A stretch of 64,000 nt of DNA from an uncultured delta proteobacterium (GTDB taxonomy: Bacteria; Desulfobacterota; Desulfobacteria; Desulfobacterales; JAHEIW01). A program made the translations under genes and the position numbers. The stretch's first letter is position 1; each line of letters starts with the position of its first letter. The notes below the pieces were generated by a model, which saw only the letters and a program-made list of their open reading frames with translations, did not search any database and was not told where the DNA came from. The stretch covers positions 256,001-320,000 of the forward strand of contig CAVPNL010000003.1 of assembly GCA_963706575.1 (NCBI GenBank). The letters run 5' to 3'. This document shows positions 10,500-18,564 of the stretch, one piece after another.

Positions 10500-10546
10500 T
10501 TAGAAGTGGTTTCAAAACCTGATCTGAGTCTTTGAAGCCACTTCAA
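10500..10546. mobile_element. internally deleted copy of the 149-bp MITE-like element at 13570
   Basis: ttagaagtggtttcaaaa identical to 13570-13587, joined to cctgatctg..tttgaagccacttcaa matching the element's right end. Confidence 0.75.
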
Positions 10547-10568
10547 GTAAAAGTGGGAACCGACATCT

Positions 10569-11630
10569 TCAGGCAGAGCATTGCTGAATCCGATGCCGTT
10601 TGATTTTTTCCACCAGGGTCGTTCGATTTAATTGAAGCAGCTTGGCAGCCTTATTTTTTACCCATTTGGTCTTTTCCAGTGACTGAAGAATCAAATCTTT
10701 TTCAAACTCGGTAACAGCACTGTTCAAGCAAATACCATCATCTGAAATTTCAATTGATTGGGTTGCGGTATAGCCATTGGCTGCCTTTAGCTCTTTAGGC
10801 AGATCATTGGCAGAAATTTTGCCGGAACCGATGAGAACCACCAGTCTCTCGACAACATTGCGCAGCTCCCTGACATTTCCGGGCCAGGAGTAGCTGAGCA
10901 TGACCTGCAACGCGCCCTCGGAGATGCCCTCGATCCGTCTATTATTATTATGATTCGACATTTGCATGAAATAAGATGTCAGATAAGGGATGTCTGATTT
11001 GCGATCCCGCAAGGCGGGAAGCCCAATGGGAATGACGTACAGGCGATAAAACAGATCTTCCCGAAAATTGCCATTTTTGACCTCTTCTGGCAGATCACGA
11101 TGGGTTGCGGCAATGACTCTCACATCAACTTTGATCGTCTTGGCTCCTCCAACCTGTTCAAACTCGCCCTCTTCCAATACTTTTAGGACTTTGACCTGCA
11201 GATCAGGGCTCATGTCGCCGATTTCATCTAAAAATATGGTTCCCCCGTGGGCCAGTTCGAATTTGCCCGATTTAGAAACCGTGGCACCGGTAAAGGCTCC
11301 CCGAACATGCCCGAACAATTCACTTTCGAGCAAATTTTCAGGAATTGCCCCGCAATTAATTGAAATAAAAGGTTTACTCTTTCGGTTGGAGTATTGGTGA
11401 ATCGCCTTGGCCACCAAACCTTTACCGGTGCCGGTTTCACCTGTGATCAGGATGGTGGTGTCGCAGTCGGCCACTTTTTCGACCAGATTGAAAACCTCTT
11501 GCATTTTTGGACTGCGGCCGATGATGGCATTGGCTTGTTTTTCATTGTTCAGATTTGCCAGAACAAGAGAATTTTGCGTAAATAGATCGGAATCTTTCGT
11601 TAAGGTTTTACTGACGGCCAAATTTTGCAC
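10569..11630 (-). CDS. sigma54 enhancer-binding protein, FleQ/FlrA-like, lacking N-terminal receiver
   Basis: [36 protein letters not shown] typical of FleQ; only ~35 aa before the AAA domain. Confidence 0.85.
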   Translation of the reverse strand: MQNLAVSKTLTKDSDLFTQNSLVLANLNNEKQANAIIGRSPKMQEVFNLVEKVADCDTTILITGETGTGKGLVAKAIHQYSNRKSKPFISINCGAIPENLLESELFGHVRGAFTGATVSKSGKFELAHGGTIFLDEIGDMSPDLQVKVLKVLEEGEFEQVGGAKTIKVDVRVIAATHRDLPEEVKNGNFREDLFYRLYVIPIGLPALRDRKSDIPYLTSYFMQMSNHNNNRRIEGISEGALQVMLSYSWPGNVRELRNVVERLVVLIGSGKISANDLPKELKAANGYTATQSIEISDDGICLNSAVTEFEKDLILQSLEKTKWVKNKAAKLLQLNRTTLVEKIKRHRIQQCSA

Positions 11631-11751
11631 CTTCTCCTCCTTATCGCGAATTGAAAAAGCAATTCATAACTTTATCGGGAATGTTGCGTATGGTATCAGG
11701 CATTTGAGTAGATAGCTCGTTAGAGAAGCGAAAACGGACGAAGTATCTTTT

Positions 11752-11767
11752 AGCAATATCCATGCCG
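11752..11767 (-). promoter_or_regulatory. sigma54 promoter upstream of fleQ-like gene
   Basis: Minus strand CGGCATGGATATTGCT; IHF-like AATCAATTATTTA at 11967-11979 (minus). Confidence 0.7.
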
Positions 11768-12262
11768 TCATCATTGGGGGATCCACCTTCAGGAGAACTG
11801 CTGAATTTCAATCTCAAGCGGTCAGAAAATCATTGTCAATATGAGGTAATGTGAAAATTATGTGGCACTATATTTTGTGGAGATGGCCCGCACGGATAAA
11901 TTTGAGGGACAGCAAAAAATTAGTAGAGAATCATCATACGGTGAATTTTACGGTCTAAGATTATATTAAATAATTGATTTTTTATTGCAATTTGCAAAAA
12001 AACCATGGTTGCGGTTTGCTAAATCGAATAAAAGAGAAGTTTCCACTTTGCTTCACCCGAACCGGGTACTCGATCGGTTGCTAAGGGGTCTGCTGAGGTG
12101 ATAACCGAAAATTTAATAATATGAATAATATCATATTATTGAACAAAATTCCGGCATTAAGATCCCGGCTGCAGGACGGGTTTGATGAACCGCAACCTCG
12201 GCAGAATTAAAACTCAAATTTTTGCAATTTGCAAAATTATGACACGATGGGATTATAAGGAT

Positions 12263-13120
12263 TTACGGCGTATAGGTGATAAAAAGGCTGATTTCATCAA
12301 ATTCCCGGCTTATCTCCGCCAGTATCGACTCCATCGCCTCGGGTTTAACCCGCAAACTGTCCCAGGCTGCTTTATCCAGTGCGGGCATTTTATTATCGCC
12401 GCCGTAGCCGAAATTTAGCGATCGACAGAGGATATCAGCCAGGTGAACAATCGCGGCTTCAAGCGCGAATCGCCCCGCTTCGCTGGGTTGGTGATGATGC
12501 AAGATGACACTGACCAGCTTCGGGGGCAGATTCCATTTTTCAGCCAGCAATTTACCCACCAGCGGGTGACTGTATCCCAGAATTTTTTCCTCGGCTGCTA
12601 TCATCAAAATATTTTGGTCTTTGACCAGATGATTAATTTCCTTAAATGCCTGCTGCAGAAAAATCATTTCCACTATTTTGCCGATATCATGTAAAAGACC
12701 GGATACAAACAGCTCTTCAACCTTGTCATAACGCAGGTAATTACCGATGACTTTGGCTCCCACGGCACAACCCAGGGAATGGTCCCAGAATTGTTCCTGT
12801 CTGATCAGGCTGGTTTTCCTGCGATTTGAAAACAGGTCAAACACCGAAGTGGTTAAAAGCAGGTTGCGGATGGCGTCAAAGCCCAGCAGCACGATAGCAC
12901 CGGTGATGGTTGAGATTCGCTGGGGAAACCCATAAAAAGATGAATTGACCAGCTTCAGAAGTCTGGCAGCCAGTACCTGGTCATCGGTGATCACCCGGGC
13001 CAGATCACGGGCGGAGGACTTGGGGTCGTTTACGAGCTCCGTAATCCTTAATACCGTTCTTGGAAGCGTCGGCAGATCATCTACCCGGGATATGATTCGG
13101 TCTAAATCAGATGGGTTCAT
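12263..13120 (-). CDS. HDOD domain protein
   Basis: LPTLP, DQVLAARLLKLVNSSFYG, FWDHS, GLLHDIGK, HHQP. Confidence 0.92.
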   Translation of the reverse strand: MNPSDLDRIISRVDDLPTLPRTVLRITELVNDPKSSARDLARVITDDQVLAARLLKLVNSSFYGFPQRISTITGAIVLLGFDAIRNLLLTTSVFDLFSNRRKTSLIRQEQFWDHSLGCAVGAKVIGNYLRYDKVEELFVSGLLHDIGKIVEMIFLQQAFKEINHLVKDQNILMIAAEEKILGYSHPLVGKLLAEKWNLPPKLVSVILHHHQPSEAGRFALEAAIVHLADILCRSLNFGYGGDNKMPALDKAAWDSLRVKPEAMESILAEISREFDEISLFITYTP

Positions 13121-13457
13121 TTTCCTGTTTCGGGTCGCTTAATCTTTTGTGCAGCTGCCGGCCGGCCGCTTTCATAATCTCCTGCATGATGGGGTCCTCA
13201 ATGACATCTGCAAATTTGGCTTTCAATTCCTTTTCGATGGTATCTTTGTTCTCTAATTCGGCCTCGAAATCGGTTCGGTTATCTTCTAGCGGTTTGCCCT
13301 TGATGCTGACCTGATCGATTCCCCAGGTCTTGATCATCCAGATTCGCTTTTTTGTTAGAGCGCTATCCTTCTCCAGCAACAGTAAATCCTGCTGATTGTA
13401 CACCGATCGGGCCAAAATCATGCCCGGCTTTAATTCATCTATTTTTAAACGAATCAT
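13107..13457 (-). CDS. small protein resembling the N-terminal domain of HD-GYP proteins
   Basis: MIRLKIDELKPGMILARSVY..LLLEKDSALT..IKTWGIDQVSI; start trimmed because the longer ORF runs through a MITE. Confidence 0.7.
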   Translation of the reverse strand: MIRLKIDELKPGMILARSVYNQQDLLLLEKDSALTKKRIWMIKTWGIDQVSIKGKPLEDNRTDFEAELENKDTIEKELKAKFADVIEDPIMQEIMKAAGRQLHKRLSDPKQENEPI

Positions 13458-13569
13458 AAAATCTTCAGTCCAGCTTAATATGCAAATCTTAATAAAGGTA
13501 GTTGCATACACCACCACACCGCCAATTACAATGTTCTCGAAAACCGAATGCGACTGTACGGTGTTTTTA

Positions 13570-13718
13570 TTAGAAGTGGTTTCAAAACCCCATCTAAGGC
13601 CCAAGGCCTGCGTTGCAAGCCTCCGATAAATGCTCACATACCCATGTATGCTGCGCTTTCTCGATGGGCTTGACGCCTTGTCCTTGAACCTGATCTGGAA
13701 TTTTGAAACCACTTCTAA
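13570..13718. mobile_element. 149-bp MITE-like palindromic element
   Basis: Perfect 18-bp terminal inverted repeats TTAGAAGTGGTTTCAAAA / TTTTGAAACCACTTCTAA; central CATAC-N4-GTATG hairpin; relatives at 10500, 48280 and 41115. Confidence 0.8.
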
Positions 13719-13814
13719 AAAATAATTTTAATTCAATTGTTTATGACTTTCAAGTCGATAATTTCAAATGATTCTTTTCATGAATGTAACGATTTTCCAA
13801 TCATTTAAAAATAC

Positions 13815-13841
13815 TAAAGAAAAAAGCACAACCGCCGATAA
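13815..13841 (+). promoter_or_regulatory. sigma28 (FliA) promoter 1 of flagellin
   Basis: TAAA-N15-GCCGATAA, perfect consensus. Confidence 0.88.
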
Positions 13842-13926
13842 CAGCGTACAATCACGAAAAACCACCTGGAATTAACGATCATAAATCAAGGGCGCCCCGG
13901 TTGGAGCGCCGCAATGCAGAAAACAC

Positions 13927-13953
13927 TAAAGTATTTTGGAATAATTCCGATAA
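13927..13953 (+). promoter_or_regulatory. sigma28 (FliA) promoter 2 of flagellin
   Basis: TAAA-N15-TCCGATAA. Confidence 0.75.
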
Positions 13954-14106
13954 CAACATCGTAGCCGAAAAAAATATGGTCTGAAAGGAGGCGGGGTGAG
14001 TACTTCGAGACCAGATACGGCAACCACGAACGAAGAATTTAGCGGTATTTTAATAACCCGATTGGCAGAAACGCCAAAATAAACACCTAGGAAAGGAAAC
14101 CTTATC

Positions 14107-14959
14107 ATGGCACTAAGTACAATAAGCTTAACTCCCGGCATGCGGGCCAATCTATTCAGCCTGCAGCAAACGTCCAAGGATTTTGAGATTGTCCAGAAAC
14201 GTTTATCCACCGGCCTGAGAATCAACAGCGCCCTGGATGATCCCATCAACTTTTTCACCGCTCAGGAACACCGGTTGCGGGCAAGTGACCTGGCGGCACG
14301 CAAAGACGGCATGTCTGAAGCCATTCAGACAATCAAAGCCGGCAACGTCGGTGTTGAAAACATCAACAGCCTGATTGCCCAGGCCAAATCGCTGGCTCAA
14401 TCGGCCCTGTCCGCCACATCAACGGATGCCATAACTTTTCGCAGTCAGTATAATACGGTTCTGAACCAGATCAGCCAGATGGCGGCGGATTCCGGTTACA
14501 AGGGCATCAACCTGCTTCAAAGTGCCGAACTAACAATCGAGTTCGCATCAGAAGCTGGCAAATCGACTTTGAAGCTGACCGGTTTCGGAGACACATCTAC
14601 AACTTTCAATATTAATGGTTTGGATACTGAAATGAGCGCTATGGGTTCTGCTTGGATTTCCGGTACGACAATTGATGCGACCGAATATTCAAAATTCCAT
14701 CGACAATCTTGAAACAGCGCGGGGCGAGCTCAGAGTTAGAAGTAAAACGCTGTCCAGCAGTCTGTCAATCATTACGGCGCGCGAAGAGTTCACTGCGCAG
14801 ATGATTAATACGCTGGGCGACGGTGCCTCCAAGCTGACGGAAGCCGATATGAATGAGGAAGGCGCCAACATGCTGATGCTGCAAACGCGTCAGGCACTGG
14901 GTACAACCTCATTAAGTCTGGCCTCTCAGGCAGCTCAAGGGGTTTTGAGACTGTTCTAA
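14107..14959 (+). CDS. flagellin (~283 aa; 1-nt frameshift near 14683), alphaproteobacterial-like N-terminus
   Basis: RLSTGLRINSALDDPINFFTA, DSGYKGINLL; C-terminal LTEADMNEEGANMLMLQTRQALGTTSLSLASQAAQGVLRLF in ORF 14672-14959. Confidence 0.92.
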
Positions 14960-14970
14960 GCGAAATGGAT

Positions 14971-14998
14971 TCAGGAGGGGGAGCAATCCCCCTCCTGA
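14971..14998 (+). terminator. strong hairpin after flagellin (no U-tract)
   Basis: tcaggaggggga-GCAA-tccccctcctga, 12-bp stem. Confidence 0.7.
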
Positions 14999-15131
14999 TC
15001 TGACTGACCTGATATCCGAATCTTTATATTCTACAAATGATTCAGCCTGATTTGATACCAGCACAAAGATTCGCTCATGATTGATCAACCAGCGGTTTGA
15101 AAGCGGTGCTGATTAGCGGGTGGCAAAAAAA

Positions 15132-15554
15132 ATGGCCCTAAAAATCACATTAAAACCAAATGAAAAAATGATCGTCAGCGGCGCCGTGGTTACCAACGGT
15201 AATACCAAAAACACCGATTTGATCATTGAAAACAATGTGCCGGTTCTACGCCAGAAAGATATTTTGAGTGAAGCGGATGCGACATCGCCCTGCAGCCGAA
15301 TCTATTTTATCATTCAACTCATGTACATCGATGAAGATAATCTAACTGATCACCAACCCATCTATTGGAAATTGGTTCGCGATTTGCTGGATGCAGCCCC
15401 CAGGTTAGCCGGACACATCAATCAGATTAACGAAAATATCCTGGGGGGCAACTTCTACCGGGCCTTAAAACTCGCCGGCGAATTAATCGATTATGAACAG
15501 GAGGTTCTTAAACATGTACGCGAATACACAGACCCAATCGCTCAAAACATATGA
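15132..15554 (+). CDS. flbT: flagellar biosynthesis repressor FlbT
   Basis: MALKITLKPNEKMIVSGAVVTNG, LRQKDIL, SPCSRIYFIIQLMY, FYRALK..LIDYE. Confidence 0.92.
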   Translation: MALKITLKPNEKMIVSGAVVTNGNTKNTDLIIENNVPVLRQKDILSEADATSPCSRIYFIIQLMYIDEDNLTDHQPIYWKLVRDLLDAAPRLAGHINQINENILGGNFYRALKLAGELIDYEQEVLKHVREYTDPIAQNI

Positions 15555-15900
15555 AAGCGTCGACAAAGCCACCCAGTCCGGCCGCGAAATCGAAGCGGCT
15601 GTGCTTACCAAAGCAGCCGTTAAGCTCAAAGAATGCCAGGACGGCTGGGATGCGCCGGATCGGGATAACAGATTAGAGGAAGCGCTGAAATACAACCAGC
15701 GGATCTGGAGTATCTTTCAAAGTGAACTGTCGCGCGAGGATCACGAGCTGCCCAAGAAATTACGTCTGGACATTCTGCGATTGGCGGCATTTATCGATCG
15801 GCGAATTTTCGAAACCATGGCATCACCGGCACCGGACAAACTCAATATCGTCATCGATATAAATAACAATCTGGCCTCCGGCTTGAGAGGTTCACCCTGA
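15514..15900 (+). CDS. flaF: flagellar biosynthesis regulator FlaF
   Basis: REIEAAVL, ALKYNQRIWSIF, LPKKLR, DINNNLASGL; RBS AGGAGG upstream of ATG 15514. Confidence 0.9.
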   Translation: MYANTQTQSLKTYESVDKATQSGREIEAAVLTKAAVKLKECQDGWDAPDRDNRLEEALKYNQRIWSIFQSELSREDHELPKKLRLDILRLAAFIDRRIFETMASPAPDKLNIVIDINNNLASGLRGSP

Positions 15901-15976
15901 GACGTCTCGGGTGGCATCATCTTAAAAAATTGCCTGTCGGCTTGCCTCCGCATGACCAAAACTCGATATAATAATA

Positions 15977-16006
15977 AAAAAAGGTCTCGATTAGAGAGAC
16001 CTTTTT
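15977..16006. terminator. bidirectional intrinsic terminator between flaF and the GT41 gene
   Basis: aaaaaaggtctc-loop-gagaccttttt between convergent genes. Confidence 0.75.
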
Positions 16007-16050
16007 CATTTTAGATTTAAGCGTTAATGTCTTTAGCGCAATCTGCGTGT

Positions 16051-18507
16051 TTAAACTTCAAACACTTCGATCTGCGTCGGCGCCCTGCCCTCCAAAAATA
16101 TCCGCCACATCTCGCTGTAACCGAGCTCCAGGTTCCTTACAAAACGAGCTGTATCGAAAAGCGGCTTTTTCAGGTGATTGATGTGGAGCTTTTGCCGAAC
16201 GGCATTTAGCTCGGATGGATGTGATGCCAGCTGAACCGCCAGTTTCTCATATTCTTCAAGACAATCAGCGACCAATTCCGGTAGTCCGACGGCACGCAAT
16301 AAACTGGATGACACCCGCGACGCAAAATGACTGCCCTCTATGGTAATCACCGGCACACCGGCCCACAATGAATCGCTGGTGGTCGTGTGGCCGTTGACAA
16401 TCCGGGTGTCCAGAGCCAGATCCGCCCATTTCAGACGTGACAGATGTTGCGCTTTTTCTATCTTCTGTGCAAACACCAGTCGATCAGGGTCGACGCCTCT
16501 ATTGGCGGCCTCCCGGCGCAGATTGCGCCTGGCATTCCGGTTCTCATCAAAAAGCCATAATACGCTGCCGGGAACCTGCTGCAATATCCGCATCCAGCTG
16601 TCAAACAAGACAGGATCAATTTTGTAAGGGAGATTGAACGAGCTGAACACAAAACCTTTATCCGGCAAACCCAGTGCTTTCCGAGTCCAATCCCGAGCTG
16701 CAATTTCCTGTTGATCGTCATTGACCTGATAACAGTGGGGCAAAAAGACCAGTTTTTCATTGTAATAAGGCGCATGGTCCTCAGGGGTAACAATCCTGTC
16801 GGTGATCATATAATCAATGAAATCGGCACCGGTGGTGCCCGGATAACCCAGGTAGTGGACTTGAATGGGAGCCGGGCGACAGGCCAAAATGCCCAGCCTG
16901 GCACCTTTGGTGTGCCCTTTGAGGTCAACTAAAATGTCGACCTCTTCCTCGTAAATGCGTTTGGCCGTATCAATATGAGAGCGTTCACGAATGTCAAAGA
17001 ATTGGTCGCTTTCTTCTATAATCTGATTTCGATAGTGACTGTTATCTTTCGGGCCATAAGAGTAACAATGAACTTCGAATTTTTCCCGGTTATGGAGGCC
17101 GAAAAGACTCCGCATCAAATGAGCAGTGGCATGATCATGAAAATCGCAGGAAAGATAGCCGATTGTAAGCTTAGGCTTTTTTTGTCGTCTGGTTTCAAAT
17201 GCAAAAGGCAGTTTTACGTTTTGTAGTGGTTGTTCAATTTTGCGGCTCCATGTTTTTGCTACGGTCAAATTCATTGCCGGGTCGGAATTTGTTGCCATGC
17301 AAATAAACGGCGGTTGGATGATGGATTGCCCATTATCCGTTGCACGCCGAATCAAAAGATCCAGTTTTTCTGAAAAGCAAGACATTAGGTGCCAGTCGCA
17401 AGTGTGCTGTACCTGATGAATGAGATAACTGTATGCTTCAGCGTAATCGGGGTTGATCGCAATGGCTTTTTGAAAGCAGTCAATTGCTTCATCGCGCCGG
17501 CCCTCTTCGGCTAATACGACGCCCATATAGTTGTATGCCTCGGCAAACTGCGGATTTAGCTGAGTGGCTTTTTGAAAACATCCGATCGCTCCAGCCGTAT
17601 GCTCGGCTTCAGCATAGGTGACTCCTAAATTTAAATACGCTGTGGCGTTTGCAGGGCGGATTTGCAAAGCCTTCTGATAGCAGTCAATTGCCTTACTGAA
17701 ATCACCCTGGTCTTTAAATGTGTTACCCAGGTTAATATGGGCTTCATCGAGCTCTGGTTTTAGTTGAATGGCCTTTTGGCAGTAGAAAATCGCATCGTCT
17801 ATGAAACCCAGCTGTTTTGACAAATTGCCCAGGTTATTGTGGGCTTCGGCCCAGTCCGGTTTGAATTGAATGCAGTGCTTCAAGCAGGTAATGGCTTCGT
17901 CAAAGCGGTCTTTCTTTTCCAAAATATTGGCCTGGTTGTAAAACGCTTCAACCAGCATGGGGTTTAAAGAGGTTGCCTGCCGGTAGCAGGAAACGGCCTC
18001 ATCGAAAAGTCGCTGTTCTTTGAGGGTATTCCCTAAATTATAGTATGCTTCAGCGCTGTTCGGTTTAAGCGCAATCGCTTTTTGATAGGCAGAAGCGGCC
18101 CGGTCAAGGTCGGCCAATTGATGATAGGCAATGCCCATATTGATATAAGTTTCAACGAGATCGGGTTTGATTTGAAGCGCTTTTTGATAGCAGGCAATGG
18201 CCTGCTCGCAGCGGTCGCTATCGCGGTAGGCATTGCCCAGGTTGTTGTGGAAAATGGGTTGATCGGGGACGATTTGAATGGCCCGGCTGATTAAATCAAT
18301 AGCCGCTAAGTTGTCTTGCATCTGATTTAAAAGCACGCCCAATAGATGCAAGGCGTTCGCATTCTCGGGCATAACATCCAGTATCTCTCTGTAATTCTTT
18401 TCGGCCAGTTCCAAATCACCTTGCTGGTGATAATGTAACCCGCGTTCCAGAATTGAGGTCAGATGTGTGGCTGAAGCTTTTTTTGAATGATCCGATCTAA
18501 AATTCAC
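16051..18507 (-). CDS. TPR-containing GT41 glycosyltransferase (OGT/SPINDLY-like)
   Basis: About ten TPRs, then IGYLSCDFHDHAT, DILVDLKGHT, RPAPIQVHYLGYPGTTG, FNLPYKID, NGHTTTSDSLWAGVPV, FASRVSSSLL. Confidence 0.92.
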   Translation of the reverse strand: MNFRSDHSKKASATHLTSILERGLHYHQQGDLELAEKNYREILDVMPENANALHLLGVLLNQMQDNLAAIDLISRAIQIVPDQPIFHNNLGNAYRDSDRCEQAIACYQKALQIKPDLVETYINMGIAYHQLADLDRAASAYQKAIALKPNSAEAYYNLGNTLKEQRLFDEAVSCYRQATSLNPMLVEAFYNQANILEKKDRFDEAITCLKHCIQFKPDWAEAHNNLGNLSKQLGFIDDAIFYCQKAIQLKPELDEAHINLGNTFKDQGDFSKAIDCYQKALQIRPANATAYLNLGVTYAEAEHTAGAIGCFQKATQLNPQFAEAYNYMGVVLAEEGRRDEAIDCFQKAIAINPDYAEAYSYLIHQVQHTCDWHLMSCFSEKLDLLIRRATDNGQSIIQPPFICMATNSDPAMNLTVAKTWSRKIEQPLQNVKLPFAFETRRQKKPKLTIGYLSCDFHDHATAHLMRSLFGLHNREKFEVHCYSYGPKDNSHYRNQIIEESDQFFDIRERSHIDTAKRIYEEEVDILVDLKGHTKGARLGILACRPAPIQVHYLGYPGTTGADFIDYMITDRIVTPEDHAPYYNEKLVFLPHCYQVNDDQQEIAARDWTRKALGLPDKGFVFSSFNLPYKIDPVLFDSWMRILQQVPGSVLWLFDENRNARRNLRREAANRGVDPDRLVFAQKIEKAQHLSRLKWADLALDTRIVNGHTTTSDSLWAGVPVITIEGSHFASRVSSSLLRAVGLPELVADCLEEYEKLAVQLASHPSELNAVRQKLHINHLKKPLFDTARFVRNLELGYSEMWRIFLEGRAPTQIEVFEV

Positions 18508-18564
18508 TTTTCATGATTTTCACGGACACGAGACAATCGTGACCGAACTTTTATCTGAAAATAT

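Noticed and set aside
13458..13712. N-terminal extension of ORF 13107-13712 (similarly 48233-48349 and 62930-63013)
   Set aside because: The first two extensions read through MITE-like elements; a downstream start with an RBS or domain boundary fits better in each case.
14672..14712. Programmed frameshift or phase variation in flagellin
   Set aside because: No slippery run or repeat at the break, and the same kind of 1-nt insertion occurs in many unrelated genes.
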